A DNA stretch of 64,000 nucleotides from an uncultured Actinomycetota bacterium (GTDB lineage: Bacteria > Actinomycetota > Actinomycetes > JAHEKZ01): the NCBI GenBank assembly GCA_963706045.1, contig CAVPLY010000005.1, positions 8,279-72,278 of the forward strand, given 5' to 3'. Below, one piece after another: positions 1-12,061 of this stretch. The position numbers and the translations under genes were made by a program. The notes beneath the pieces are model-generated. The model did not search any database. It saw only the letters and a list, made by a program, of their open reading frames with translations, and was not told the DNA's origin. The stretch's first letter is position 1, and every line of letters starts with the position of its first letter.

Positions 1-1392
1 GGCATCACGTACGCGAAGGGGGCGGCGGTCCTCAAGCAGCTCGTGGCGTGGGTCGGCCGAGACGCCTTCGTCGACGGCGTCCGCTCGTACTTCGACAAGC
101 ACGCGTGGGGAAACACCGAACTCGCCGACCTGCTCGGAGCGCTTGAGCAGACGTCTGGACGCGACCTGTCGAGCTGGGCCAAGGAATGGCTGGAGACTGC
201 AGGGCTCAACACGCTGCGTCCACAGTTCGAGGTCGACGACGACGGACGTTTCACCTCGTTCGACGTTGTTCAAACCGCGCCAGAGAGCCACCCGACCATT
301 CGCTCTCACCGGATCGCAGTCGGACTTTACGAGCATGGGGACGCCGGGTTGGTTCGCACTGGACGCGTCGAGCTCGACGTGGTTGGCGAACGGACCTCGG
401 TCGATGCACTTGTCGGCATGGCACAGCCCGACCTCGTGCTCGTCAATGACGATGACCTCGCCTACACCAAGATCCGCCTCGACGAGCGGTCAGCGACCAC
501 GCTCGTCGACCACATCGGGGAGCTGCCAGACACCCTCGCCCGCGCCCTGTGTTGGACAGCCGCGTGGGACATGACTCGTGACGCCGAGCTCTCGGCACGC
601 GACTGGGTGGCACTCGTCCGGAGCGGACTGCCCCACGAGACCGACATCGGCGTGCTTCAGGTCGTGGTGCGGCAGGCTGTCTCGGCCCTGTACCTGTTCA
701 CACCCGTTGAGCACCGTGAAGACGCGCTGGCCGACTTCGCCGAGTACCTGCAGCATCAAGCCGCTGTCGCCGAGGCGGGCAGCGATCACCAGCTGGCCCT
801 GTACCGAGCATTCGTCAGCATTGCGCGCACCGATGTTCAGCTCGACGCCGTCGCCACGACGCTGGCCGACGGCCCTGACCTCGAGGGCCTCGCGCTCGAT
901 GCCGACCTACGGTGGAGCCTGCTGTATCGGTTGGTGGCAACTGGACGGGTCGATGCCGACGCCATCGACGGTGAGTTCGAGCGCGACCGCACGGCAACAG
1001 GGGAGCGCCAGGCAGCTGCTGCCCGGGCCGCGCTTCCGACGTCCGCCGACAAGGAGCGCGCCTGGCAAGCGGTCGTCGAATCCGACGACCTGCCGAATGC
1101 ATTGCTGAATGCGACCGTGGCGGGTCTCAACACCCCAGACCAGGCCGAGCTCAACCGCGTACTCGTCGAGCGTTACTTCGCAGCGATCGAAAAGGTCTGG
1201 CGCGACCGCACGAACGAGTCGGCGCAGACCATCATCGTGGGGTTGTACCCCTCGTTCTTGATCGAACAGTCCACGATCGATGCGACCGAGGCGCACCTGG
1301 CGTCCAACGACTCACCACCAGCGCTGCGCCGCCTGCTGCTCGAAGCCGCCGACGGGATCCGCCGATCGCTTGCCGCCCAGCGGGCCTACTAG
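1..1392 (+). CDS. pepN: Aminopeptidase N (M1 family), C-terminal part; 5' end lies outside the window
   Basis: Frame 1 is open from base 1 (GITYAKGAAVLKQLVAWVGRDAFVDGVRSYF...). The ERAP1-like C-terminal domain pattern is typical of actinobacterial PepN. Stop at 1390-1392. Confidence 0.85.
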   Translation, partial: GITYAKGAAVLKQLVAWVGRDAFVDGVRSYFDKHAWGNTELADLLGALEQTSGRDLSSWAKEWLETAGLNTLRPQFEVDDDGRFTSFDVVQTAPESHPTIRSHRIAVGLYEHGDAGLVRTGRVELDVVGERTSVDALVGMAQPDLVLVNDDDLAYTKIRLDERSATTLVDHIGELPDTLARALCWTAAWDMTRDAELSARDWVALVRSGLPHETDIGVLQVVVRQAVSALYLFTPVEHREDALADFAEYLQHQAAVAEAGSDHQLALYRAFVSIARTDVQLDAVATTLADGPDLEGLALDADLRWSLLYRLVATGRVDADAIDGEFERDRTATGERQAAAARAALPTSADKERAWQAVVESDDLPNALLNATVAGLNTPDQAELNRVLVERYFAAIEKVWRDRTNESAQTIIVGLYPSFLIEQSTIDATEAHLASNDSPPALRRLLLEAADGIRRSLAAQRAY

Positions 1393-1426
1393 GAGCGCGT
1401 CGAGCCCCTGGAGTGCGGTGGGTGGG

Positions 1427-1831
1427 CTACTCGGTGCGGTCAGCGTGAAGGGTGCGCGGGTGCCGAGCGTGCTCGCTCAGTGTGTGCAGTCCGGCAACGA
1501 TGCCGCCCGCGAGGTCGCCCGCAGCGAAGGACGACGTCATCGACATCGCTCCGAGGGCCGTCGCCCGGTCGTCGAGGTAGCGAGCTGCGGTTGTGCCGGT
1601 CAGGATCTCAAGACGCCGGTGCGCGGGGTCGACCACCACGATCACCGAACGGTCAGCATCGGCGCCGAGGGCACCGAGGAGTTGCCGCCCCTGCTCACGC
1701 AAGTCCCCGTCTGGGGCTCCCACGAAGACTGAGTAGTCAAGATCGCTCTCGGCGTGGGCGTGGGCAAGAGCACGTTCGATCGCGTCGACCTGACCGGCCG
1801 AGAAGGCGTCACCAGCGGGCACTGCAGCCAC
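1427..1831 (-). CDS. DUF5130-family conserved actinobacterial protein
   Basis: 134-aa ORF, convergent with pepN. Sequence (SVFVGAPDGDLREQGRQLLGALG...) recalled as the DUF5130 family that sits next to pepN in mycobacteria (Rv2468c-like). Confidence 0.65.
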   Translation of the reverse strand: MAAVPAGDAFSAGQVDAIERALAHAHAESDLDYSVFVGAPDGDLREQGRQLLGALGADADRSVIVVVDPAHRRLEILTGTTAARYLDDRATALGAMSMTSSFAAGDLAGGIVAGLHTLSEHARHPRTLHADRTE

Positions 1832-2030
1832 CCCCTTCGCGGACCGGGTCGGCCGAGGCGGCGACCTCGAGGTCGGCGCCTCCGATCCAGATCGGCTCGG
1901 CCCACCACGACAACCCTGGTCGGTACTTCGGCCCGCGCACCCATGAGGGTGTGTAGACCAAGAGCATGATCACGCCATACACCAGGAGGGGCAGCAGGAC
2001 GAACCAGCCCAGGATCTCGATGGTCGACAT
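1809..2030 (-). CDS. Small hydrophobic membrane protein (hypothetical)
   Basis: 73 aa with one clear transmembrane helix (ILGWFVLLPLLVYGVIMLLVY). Overlaps the start of the preceding gene by 23 nt, consistent with translational coupling. Confidence 0.4.
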   Translation of the reverse strand: MSTIEILGWFVLLPLLVYGVIMLLVYTPSWVRGPKYRPGLSWWAEPIWIGGADLEVAASADPVREGGGCSARW

Positions 2031-2084
2031 GGCGTCACGGTACCGAAGGTGTGAACCGGAGTCCGCCCCTCCCCTGCCGAGTCG

Positions 2085-2642
2085 CTACGCAGGCATGGCG
2101 ACGTGCTCGACGGCGCGGAGCCCCGCGGCACGTCCAGATCCTCCGCCCGCATGATCGACCAGATACGGAACCCAGGCCGGGTCGGCGCGCCCCGACCCAA
2201 GAATTCGCCAGGCCGGCCCAACCGGCTGGAAGGGAGCGTGCCGCATGTGCCACCCCAGATCGGAGACGCTGCGGTCGGCCTTGACGTGATTGCACCGCCT
2301 GCAGGCTGAGACAACGTTCTCCCAGATGTGGAGCCCGCCACGGCTTCGCGGGATGACGTGGTCAAGGCTGGTCGCCGGTGAGTCGCAGTAGACGCAGCGG
2401 CCGGCGTCGCGGGCGAACACCGCGCGCCTGGTGAGTGGGACCGCAGCCCGGCGCGGCACCCGGACGAAACGCACGAGTCTGACGACCGAAGGAAGCGGCA
2501 CTGCCCGCCGCTCGCTTCGGGCAACGCGGGCGGTGTCCTCGACGGCGTCGGCCTTTCGCGTCAGGACAAGCACCAGCGCCCTGCGGTCCGCGACGACGCA
2601 GAGCGGCTCGTAGGTGGCGTTCAGCACCAGAGCTCGAGACAT
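2085..2642 (-). CDS. HNH endonuclease family protein
   Basis: CVYCDS...LDHVIPRSRGG...NVVSACRRCNHVKADR is an HNH motif with zinc-binding cysteines. Start taken at the internal ATG (MSRALVLNATYEPL). Confidence 0.75.
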   Translation of the reverse strand: MSRALVLNATYEPLCVVADRRALVLVLTRKADAVEDTARVARSERRAVPLPSVVRLVRFVRVPRRAAVPLTRRAVFARDAGRCVYCDSPATSLDHVIPRSRGGLHIWENVVSACRRCNHVKADRSVSDLGWHMRHAPFQPVGPAWRILGSGRADPAWVPYLVDHAGGGSGRAAGLRAVEHVAMPA

Positions 2643-2728
2643 GGCGACACTAGTGTGACCCGACTCACGCCCAGGGGCCAGCAATATCGCCTCAAGGACC
2701 CGCTGGGCATGCCCCTAGGCTGGGCGGC

Positions 2729-4825
2729 ATGCCTGACGCTGCGCGCCCCGCGTACCCCGATGCCGAACGACTCCCGCTGGTCGACACCTTGCATGGCCAC
2801 GAGGTCGCCGACCCGTACCGCTGGCTCGAGGACGCCGACGATCCGCGCACCGAAGAGTGGTCCAAAGATCAAGATGCCCTGTTTAGCGCAGCCCGTAACA
2901 GCTGGCCTGGCAAGGACCACGTGCGTCGCAGAGTCAGCGAGCTGGTGGGTGCCGGCGTCGTGACCGCTCCTGTGTGGCGAGGCGGCAGGCAGTTCATCAT
3001 GCGCCGCACAGCAGAGCAGGAGCACGCGCTCCTCATCGTCATCGAGAGCGATGGCACCGAGCGCACTCTGATCGACCCCATGGCGCTCGATGCCTCCGGA
3101 ACCACCACGCTCGACACCTGGCAGCCGAGCAAAGAAGGTGACCTGCTGGCGTACCAGCTGTCTGAAGGAGGCACCGAGGAGTCGGTGCTGCGCGTGATGG
3201 ACGTCGCAACCGGCGACCTCGTTGACGGCCCGATCGACCGGGCCCGCTACTCACCGGTCGCCTGGCTCCCTGGTGGAAAGTCGTACTACTACGTCCGCCG
3301 CCTGCCAGCCGATCAGGTACCAGATGGCGAGGAGCAGTTCCACCGACGCGTCTGGCTGCACCAGGTGGGTACCGACCCCGCCGGCGACACTTTGGTCTTT
3401 GGCGATGGTCTCGACGCCACCAACTACTACGGCGTCACGGTGAGCCGCGACGGACGGTGGCTCTCGATCATGGCGTCCGCCGGCACCGAGCCACGCAACG
3501 ACCTCTGGGTGGCCGACATCGCCGACTCTCCGCCGGAGAACCCCACGCTGGTGACCGTTCAGGAGGGCGTTGACGCGCAGACGTCCCTGCACTTCGGGCG
3601 CGACGGGCTCATCTACGCCTACACCAACAACCATGCCCCGCGCGGACGCATTCTCGTCACCGAACCAGGTACCTGGTCGCTCGATGAGTGGCGTGACCTC
3701 ATCCCGGAGGACCCCGAGGCGGTGCTCGAAGGCTGGGCGGTCCTGGACGGAGACGCGCTGACCGATCCAGTGCTGCTCGTCGTCAGGAGCCACCACGCCG
3801 TCGGACGCATTCACCGCCATGACCTGCGCTCAGGCGCCGAGACAGGTTCGGTCCCGATGCCTGGCCTCGGCACCGTTGCCGGGATCAGCGACCGACCCGA
3901 GGGCGGGCACGAGGCGTGGTTCGGCTACACCGATCACATCACCCCGCCGTCGGTCTACCACTACGACGCAGTGGCCGACTCCACCTCGCTGTGGGCCAGC
4001 GCACCCGGAACGGTCGACGTCCCCCCTGCCGTGTCCGAGCAGGTGGTTTACAGCTCCAAGGACGGCACAGCGGTGCGCATGTTCGTCATTCGGCGACAGG
4101 ACGCCTCTGCCGGCCCCGCACCGACGATCCTCAACGCCTACGGCGGGTTCGGCGTCCCACTCACCCCGGCCTACTCCGCCACCATCCTTGCCTGGGTCGA
4201 GGCCGGCGGCGTCTACGTCGTCGCGAACCTGCGCGGAGGCGGCGAAGAGGGCGAAGACTGGCACCGTGCCGGCATGCGCGACACGAAACAGAACGTCTTC
4301 GACGACTTTCATGCCGCCGCTGACTGGCTCATCGCGAACGGCGTTACCACCTCAGACCAGCTGACGATCTCAGGTGGCTCCAATGGCGGTCTGCTGGTGG
4401 GTGCCGCGCTCACCCAGCGGCCCGACCTCTACTCAGCTGTCATCTGCGCCGCACCGCTGCTCGACATGGTGCGCTACGAGCTGCATGGTCTTGGCCCCAC
4501 CTGGTCGGACGAGTACGGATCGGCCGGCGACGCGACCGAGCTCGAGTGGCTGCTCTCGTACTCCCCGTATCACCACGTTCGTGACGGAGTCGACTATCCG
4601 GCGTCCCTCTTCACGATCTTCGACGGCGACACACGCGTCGACCCGTTGCACGGCCGCAAGATGGCCGCTGCGCTGCAACACTCCACAACCGGCAGCCGCC
4701 CGATTCTGGTTCGCCGCGAGGCCGACGTGGGGCACGGAACCCGGGCTGTCACCCGCGCCGTCGAGCTGTCGGTCGACACACTGACCTTCGCTGCCGCCCA
4801 AACCGGCCTCACCTGGGAGGTCTGA
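2729..4825 (+). CDS. Prolyl oligopeptidase (S9A family serine peptidase)
   Basis: 698 aa. N-terminal beta-propeller region (ADPYRWLEDADDPRTEEW) and C-terminal alpha/beta-hydrolase with GGSNGG nucleophile motif and the D/H catalytic region. Confidence 0.9.
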   Translation: MPDAARPAYPDAERLPLVDTLHGHEVADPYRWLEDADDPRTEEWSKDQDALFSAARNSWPGKDHVRRRVSELVGAGVVTAPVWRGGRQFIMRRTAEQEHALLIVIESDGTERTLIDPMALDASGTTTLDTWQPSKEGDLLAYQLSEGGTEESVLRVMDVATGDLVDGPIDRARYSPVAWLPGGKSYYYVRRLPADQVPDGEEQFHRRVWLHQVGTDPAGDTLVFGDGLDATNYYGVTVSRDGRWLSIMASAGTEPRNDLWVADIADSPPENPTLVTVQEGVDAQTSLHFGRDGLIYAYTNNHAPRGRILVTEPGTWSLDEWRDLIPEDPEAVLEGWAVLDGDALTDPVLLVVRSHHAVGRIHRHDLRSGAETGSVPMPGLGTVAGISDRPEGGHEAWFGYTDHITPPSVYHYDAVADSTSLWASAPGTVDVPPAVSEQVVYSSKDGTAVRMFVIRRQDASAGPAPTILNAYGGFGVPLTPAYSATILAWVEAGGVYVVANLRGGGEEGEDWHRAGMRDTKQNVFDDFHAAADWLIANGVTTSDQLTISGGSNGGLLVGAALTQRPDLYSAVICAAPLLDMVRYELHGLGPTWSDEYGSAGDATELEWLLSYSPYHHVRDGVDYPASLFTIFDGDTRVDPLHGRKMAAALQHSTTGSRPILVRREADVGHGTRAVTRAVELSVDTLTFAAAQTGLTWEV

Positions 4826-4845
4826 CGCAGTAGCGTTCGAGCACC

Positions 4846-5775
4846 ATGAATCTCCGCGCAGAAGAGTCCGTCGCCGACCGGGTGACCAACTTCATCGACA
4901 ACACCTTCCTGGGTGCGCTCATAGCGGTGGCCATCATCCTCGTGCTGGCGCTGGTCGCCAGGTGGATCTGGCGCCGATTCGTTCGCCGGACCACCTCGAC
5001 TTTCACCCAGTCAGCCGTCACTCGCTACGTCGCCGCAGACAAGGAGTCTGAGCGCGACCGCGACATGGCTATCGGGAGGTATCGCGCACGGGCCGCCGCA
5101 GTGTCAGGAATGCTGACGTCCGTCGGCACCTTTGTCATCGTGGCTGTGGCGCTGCTCTTTGCCCTCAGCGCTCTCGGCGTCAACATCGCGCCGTTGCTGG
5201 CAAGTGCCGGAATTGCAGGTATCGCCATCGGTTTCGGCGCGCAGACGATCGTGCGCGACTTTCTGTCTGGCGTCTTCATGATCCTCGAGAACCAGTACGG
5301 CGTGGGTGACGTGGTCATGATCAACGGCGTGAACGGAACGGTCGAAGACGTTGGTCTGCGGATCACCACCGTGCGCGACTTCGACGGCACCATCTGGTAC
5401 GTCACCAACGGGTCGGTGGCCGAGCTCGGTAACCAAAGCCAAGGCTGGTCGGTGGCCGTCGTCGACATCCCTGTCGCACACGGCGCCGACCTCGAGCAAG
5501 CCAAGCAGGTGTTGGCATCGACAGTCGAGGCCATGCAGAGTGACTCCGACTGGGAGAACAAGATCATGCCTGACCACCCCGTCATCGGGGTGGAGTCGGT
5601 CACCGCCATGTCGGTGACGATCCGAGTCCGGTTGCACACCGTTCACGAGCAGCAGATAGGCGTCGGCCGCGAGCTGCGGGCTCGTGCCGTCGGGGCCCTC
5701 GAGGCGGCGGGTCTCTCGATGCCGCAGCCCGGCCCCTACGGTGCAGCTGACCAAGGGTCGCCGCCCACCACGTGA
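4846..5775 (+). CDS. Mechanosensitive ion channel (MscS family)
   Basis: Transmembrane helices followed by the MscS signature IAGIAIGFGAQTIVRDFLSGVFMILENQYGVGDVV. Confidence 0.9.
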   Translation: MNLRAEESVADRVTNFIDNTFLGALIAVAIILVLALVARWIWRRFVRRTTSTFTQSAVTRYVAADKESERDRDMAIGRYRARAAAVSGMLTSVGTFVIVAVALLFALSALGVNIAPLLASAGIAGIAIGFGAQTIVRDFLSGVFMILENQYGVGDVVMINGVNGTVEDVGLRITTVRDFDGTIWYVTNGSVAELGNQSQGWSVAVVDIPVAHGADLEQAKQVLASTVEAMQSDSDWENKIMPDHPVIGVESVTAMSVTIRVRLHTVHEQQIGVGRELRARAVGALEAAGLSMPQPGPYGAADQGSPPTT

Positions 5776-5930
5776 AAGGGCGGCGGGCCAGGATCACACC
5801 GAGGAGGGTTGGTGCACACCCGACGCCGCCGCCATGGGGTCCGGCGCGATGGCGATGCAGAGGTTCTCCACCGCGTGTTCCGAGCCCCTTGCCCGTTCCC
5901 TGAATCCATCGGTAGGTCGTCACCGCGGCC

Positions 5931-6374
5931 TTGAGCGCACCTGAAAGAATCACCCGCGTGGACCCATCCGAGCAGACCTTCTATGACCGCGTTGGCGGAC
6001 ACGAGACCTTCGTTCGCCTGGTCGAGGTGTTCTACGCCGGCGTCGCCGACGATGAGGTCCTCCGACCCCTCTACCCAGAACAAGACCTCGGTCCGGCCGC
6101 CGACCGTCTGCGCATGTTCCTCGAGCAGTACTGGGGCGGCCCCACGACCTACTCCGACCAGCGCGGGCACCCGCGTCTGCGCATGCGTCACCACCCCTAC
6201 CGGGTGGACGCGCTGGCGCGCGATCAATGGCTGCTGCACATGCGCGCAGGTGTCGAGTCTCTTGATCTCGACCCAGCGCTCGAGAACGAGCTGTGGAGCT
6301 ACCTGGTCATGGCTGCCCACTCCTTGGTCAACACCCTGGACGAACCGCCAGGTGTGGTCAGCCCCGAGCTCTGA
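5931..6374 (+). CDS. glbO: Truncated hemoglobin, group II (GlbO-like)
   Basis: [19 protein letters not shown]...[21 protein letters not shown] is the 2/2-hemoglobin fold signature. The real start may be the GTG at about 5958. Confidence 0.8.
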   Translation: MSAPERITRVDPSEQTFYDRVGGHETFVRLVEVFYAGVADDEVLRPLYPEQDLGPAADRLRMFLEQYWGGPTTYSDQRGHPRLRMRHHPYRVDALARDQWLLHMRAGVESLDLDPALENELWSYLVMAAHSLVNTLDEPPGVVSPEL

Positions 6375-7581
6375 CCACACCCAGTCGGTCCGACGTCAGG
6401 TCGGGGAAGACCGCTGACATCTGCGACCCCTGACATCTCTTCTCGAGAATCTCGGCGAGGATCTGCCGGTAGTCAGTGGTGCCCGCCAGGTCGCCGCCAG
6501 CAAGTGCGTCTTTCTCCAACGTTGGCCACGTGCCGTGTACCTTGCCGCCGTCGACTCCCCCGCCCAGCAGCAGCACGGCCTGTCCGTGGCCATGGTCGAC
6601 TCCGCCTGAGCCGTTCTCGACCAGACTGCGACCGAACTCGGTCAGCGTGACAACGGTCACGTCACCAAACCGCCCACCAAGGTCGGTCGCGAACGCTGCC
6701 AGCGAAAGTGCCAGCTCGCTCAGTTTGTCCTTGAGCCAGCCGGAGTTCACCGTGCCCATGTCGGCATGCATGTCCCAGTCGCCGTAGTCGACGGCCGCCA
6801 CCTGCAGACCGACGTCAGCCTTGATGACGCGGGCAACGTCACGCAGGGCCTTGCCCAGATCGGTATTCGGGTAGCTGGCATCAGGTGTATAGCCGGCGTC
6901 CTGCATCTGTGCGGCTCCGGTCAGAGCACCCAGAGTGGTGGTCGCAGGCGCCGCCACCATCGGCGGCGCCCCGTCATGCAGCGCGGTGAGGGCAGTGGTC
7001 CAGCGCTGGCGCTCGGTGGCGTCCCATGCTCCGGAGAGGTCGAAGTCGTCGACCGAACGCATCGCCAGCTCAGGTGACGACCCCCTGAAGGCAGACGCCG
7101 CCATGCTGCTGCCCATCTGCACGGCTTGAAACGCCGAACTCGTGTCACGAAGGCCCAAGGTGCGGTCGAGCCAACCGGTACGGAGGGACGAACCGGGGGC
7201 AGCGCGCTCCATCTCTTCCATCGCCTCGAAGTGCGAGCGCGTTTGGTTGGCCATTCCGACTGCCTGCACCGCAGCAAGGTCTCCGGAGTTCCACCACGGC
7301 ATCAGCGGAGACATGGCCGGGTGCAGACCAAACATCGAGTCGAGCGGCAGCAAAGTGCTCTGCGGGATTCGAATCGAGGGACGCACCTCTGCGTATCGGG
7401 GGTCCCCTGACGGGACGATCGTGTTCAACCCGTCGAACCCGCCTCGGAGCGACAGCACCACCAGGACATCACCGGAGTAAGGCTCAGCAGCGAAGGCCAT
7501 CTGGGTCGACAGGCCGGCGGACGTCAGGCCAGCCAGAGCCCCGACCGTGCCAAGGCGACCGAGGAAAGCCCGTCTCGACAT
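6358..7581 (-). CDS. DUF1501 domain protein with Tat signal peptide
   Basis: [19 protein letters not shown] is a twin-arginine signal. The remainder matches DUF1501, a sulfatase-like fold. It is paired with the upstream DUF1800 gene as usual. Confidence 0.85.
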   Translation of the reverse strand: MSRRAFLGRLGTVGALAGLTSAGLSTQMAFAAEPYSGDVLVVLSLRGGFDGLNTIVPSGDPRYAEVRPSIRIPQSTLLPLDSMFGLHPAMSPLMPWWNSGDLAAVQAVGMANQTRSHFEAMEEMERAAPGSSLRTGWLDRTLGLRDTSSAFQAVQMGSSMAASAFRGSSPELAMRSVDDFDLSGAWDATERQRWTTALTALHDGAPPMVAAPATTTLGALTGAAQMQDAGYTPDASYPNTDLGKALRDVARVIKADVGLQVAAVDYGDWDMHADMGTVNSGWLKDKLSELALSLAAFATDLGGRFGDVTVVTLTEFGRSLVENGSGGVDHGHGQAVLLLGGGVDGGKVHGTWPTLEKDALAGGDLAGTTDYRQILAEILEKRCQGSQMSAVFPDLTSDRLGVVRARG

Positions 7582-7711
7582 CGCGTAGTCAGGGCAACCG
7601 CACTCTTGAGTGAGGGTCGTCACTGTGATCACCTGACCCAGTGGTACGGGGAGTCGAGGATGAGCGCGACCAGCTGGGGCAGGCGCCAGCCGACGGCGGC
7701 GCTGTCGGCGT

Positions 7712-8977
7712 TCAGCGGGTCAGAAGCCGAGCGGCCGAGGAATCCCAAGATGGCCTGCCTGTGCGGCGCTGCCAACGTTCGAAGACCAGTCGCTCGGCGA
7801 GGGCGTCCACCAAGGCGCCATGCGTCTTCGGTAGCCGCCTTGGCAGCAGTTCGCGAAGCGGCGGTTGCCTGAGTTCTTTCGGCCACCAGTGGGCCGCAAG
7901 CGACAGGTGGGTGTTCCACCGGGCGAGCGTGCCACCGGCGGACTGCCACGAGAGGGCGACGTCGGGGTACCCGTCCGGCGGACTCCATGCCAGCGGCTGC
8001 TGACCGAGTCCGTCGGAGATCCACACCAGCGCCTGCATCCCAGTGCGACCCTTGCGGTCGGGCTTGTAGCCGAGAACCCGCAGGGTCGCCACGAGATCCT
8101 CGAACGGACGCCTGGTCTTTTCCCCGATGGATCCAGCGAACTCGTCGCTGTTGAACAGCTGGCGGAGCACCGGGGCGATCGACGTGCCCTTGGCCAGGTA
8201 GGTCGCAGCAAGGCGGTTCACCAGCGCCGGCTCGGGGTGGTCGGACACGAATCGCTCACACAGCTTGTAGGCAATGTGGTGCGCCGTGGATGGGTGGTTC
8301 GCCAGGTACTTCAGGTACTTGATCCCCATCGAGTACCCGTCAGCATCCGGGTTCGCGTGTGAGAAGCCCATGACACTCACTGGTCCGCGATGGTGGTCGC
8401 GCCCCGAGTACATGAAGGTGCCCTTGCTCCAGTTGACACCGAAGCCGGTCATGATCAACGTCGAGTTGCGCATGTCTTGCTCGTTGTAGCCACCGTCAAC
8501 GCTGACGGTGTGCAGCTCAAGCAGCTCTCGACCGTAGTTCTCGTTGGGGTTCTCTTTGGTTGAGTCAGCGTTGTTCAGATAGAGCAGCATCGACGGGTGC
8601 GTGGCACTCGCGATGAGCATGTCCTCGAATCGACCGAGCGCGTGCTTGCGAATGACTCGGCGGTCATAGTCCTGACGGTTGTCCCACACTCGGTCGCTGG
8701 GGTTGGTGACATTGAGGTGGTTCGACCAGAACTCACACATCACTTCGAAGAGTTGGCGCTTGCTCCAGGTGGCCCTGGCAACGGTCGCCATGCTGACGTC
8801 GTACATCAAGTCCCAAGAGAACGGCTCGAGGCCGTCTCGCGCTTGGGGAATCGTCCAGCTGACCCGTGGGAAGCGATCCCGGATCAGCCGGTCGCAGGCG
8901 GAGTCGTCGATCGATCCGGGCGACAGCTGCTTGTTAAGCCATTTACTGCGTCCCTGCTTCTTGACCGCTGATTTCAA
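7712..8977 (-). CDS. DUF1800 domain protein; N-terminal Tat signal is encoded in a different frame (8943..9164), so apparently frameshifted
   Basis: 421-aa ORF with DUF1800-like sequence. The upstream ORF 8943..9164 encodes MATLTRRRLFGLAAAGAGGLSVA, a Tat signal, in another frame. Both frames are open over roughly 8980-9120. Confidence 0.75.
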   Translation of the reverse strand: MKSAVKKQGRSKWLNKQLSPGSIDDSACDRLIRDRFPRVSWTIPQARDGLEPFSWDLMYDVSMATVARATWSKRQLFEVMCEFWSNHLNVTNPSDRVWDNRQDYDRRVIRKHALGRFEDMLIASATHPSMLLYLNNADSTKENPNENYGRELLELHTVSVDGGYNEQDMRNSTLIMTGFGVNWSKGTFMYSGRDHHRGPVSVMGFSHANPDADGYSMGIKYLKYLANHPSTAHHIAYKLCERFVSDHPEPALVNRLAATYLAKGTSIAPVLRQLFNSDEFAGSIGEKTRRPFEDLVATLRVLGYKPDRKGRTGMQALVWISDGLGQQPLAWSPPDGYPDVALSWQSAGGTLARWNTHLSLAAHWWPKELRQPPLRELLPRRLPKTHGALVDALAERLVFERWQRRTGRPSWDSSAARLLTR

Positions 8978-9266
8978 CGCGGGAGTTGGGCCGAAGGTGG
9001 CCCGGCGCAGCAGATGAAGGTCGGGGCTCCGCGAGACGAACGTCAGCTCCGCTCCCTGCGTCTGCAGCCGCAGCCGTGCCGCCGGACGTCAGGGAGGCGA
9101 CCGAGAGGCCGCCGGCGCCGGCAGCGGCAAGTCCGAACAGTCGACGTCGCGTCAGGGTGGCCATATCGCGATGTCGTCAGGTCCATGCCCCAGACTTGAC
9201 GAAAGGATCTTCACGTCACCCATTTGGGCTCGTACATGTGGGCTATACAGCGCTGGGCTGAGGATC

Positions 9267-9899
9267 TCAGCCCAGCGGGATCACGGGAATCGACGGCAGC
9301 AGCCCCCGACGGGTCGCAACGCTGCCACCGGGCACTAAGAGCCGCGTCCACGAGGTGGTCGAGTAGGCGACGGCAATACCGTCGCCTGGTCCCATCAACC
9401 CCAGCGACTCGGCAGCGTGCGCACACCGCATGGGGACCTCACCGAGGCAGGTGCGCTCCCAGACGTCGGCGGCGATTTCTTCGAGCGCAGTCCGGTCCGT
9501 GACACCAGCGGCCCGCTCGCGGAAGAAGTGTTTCGCCGAGTCGACCGCAGCCCGGACATTGGCGACGTCACCCCGCATCCGTTCCTCCCAACCGCTTCTG
9601 GGTGGCAGCAGCCCGACCCAGCTCGGGCCGTTCACGGCGGCGGGCACCTCAATACGCTCGCCCTCACTGACGCGCTCGAAGAGCCGCTGGGCAGAGACAG
9701 TCGCATCGACTTCCGCGGCCTCAGCGAGCGCCACTGGCCGGAGGGCCACGACTTCGAAGGGTGGCCCGCTCCATACGCCAAGGGTGGGCCCCGCGGCTTG
9801 AAGGCGAACAGCGGCACGGTTGTCGAGCGCCACGAGCCGTTCCAGGTACCGCTGTAAACCTTGCCGCTCTTGATCGCCCGCAACCAGCAAGGAGGTCAC
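9267..9899 (-). CDS. Conserved hypothetical protein
   Basis: 210-aa ORF with a GTG start and a GGAG upstream. It overlaps the stop of the thioesterase gene by 4 nt, which suggests an operon. Confidence 0.5.
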   Translation of the reverse strand: MTSLLVAGDQERQGLQRYLERLVALDNRAAVRLQAAGPTLGVWSGPPFEVVALRPVALAEAAEVDATVSAQRLFERVSEGERIEVPAAVNGPSWVGLLPPRSGWEERMRGDVANVRAAVDSAKHFFRERAAGVTDRTALEEIAADVWERTCLGEVPMRCAHAAESLGLMGPGDGIAVAYSTTSWTRLLVPGGSVATRRGLLPSIPVIPLG

Positions 9900-10312
9900 A
9901 CGGACTCCAGGAAGGGCTCGAGGGCCGAACGCTCCTCCACGGACACGCGGCGGGGGCGTCCGGCTTCGACGTCGTAAGGAACCAGCACCGTGGCCGCCTG
10001 CGCGTAGAGCGGACCGCCGTCATCGAGCACCTCGTAGCGGAGCTCGAAGGAGGATGTACCGAGCCGCGAGACCCAGACGTCAACCGCGACCGGCTCAGGG
10101 CGGAAGACCAGTGGAGCCTTGTAGTCGATCTCGTGGCGCGCCACCACGATTCCTGACGACAGGCGCTCGCGCGCGACCGTGTCACCTGCATGCACGAAGA
10201 GCAGGTCGACCCGCGCCTCCTCCAGGTAGGTGAAGAAGGTGGTGTTGTTCACGTGGCCGAACGCGTCCATGTCAGACCATCGCAACGAGCACTGGTAACG
10301 GTGCCTGGTCAT
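9896..10312 (-). CDS. Acyl-CoA thioesterase (4HBT/YbgC-like hotdog fold)
   Basis: MTRHRYQCSLRWSDMDAFGHVNNTTFFTYLEEARVDLL is the hotdog thioesterase signature. Start chosen at the internal Met. Confidence 0.8.
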   Translation of the reverse strand: MTRHRYQCSLRWSDMDAFGHVNNTTFFTYLEEARVDLLFVHAGDTVARERLSSGIVVARHEIDYKAPLVFRPEPVAVDVWVSRLGTSSFELRYEVLDDGGPLYAQAATVLVPYDVEAGRPRRVSVEERSALEPFLESV

Positions 10313-10331
10313 CGCATCATCGCAACATCGC

Positions 10332-12002
<1,671 letters not shown>

Positions 12003-12061
12003 GTCGGGCAGCCTAACGATCAGCTGAACGTCACTCCGGCCCGGGCGGTTCCGCCCTCATG

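Noticed and set aside
143-1296. Multiple 60-180-aa ORFs in alternative frames and on the antisense strand of pepN (for example 143..574, 578..1108 and 907..1296)
   Set aside because: They are Arg/Pro/Ser-rich and have no motifs. Such ORFs are the normal by-product of about 70% GC content. They overlap a strongly conserved gene.
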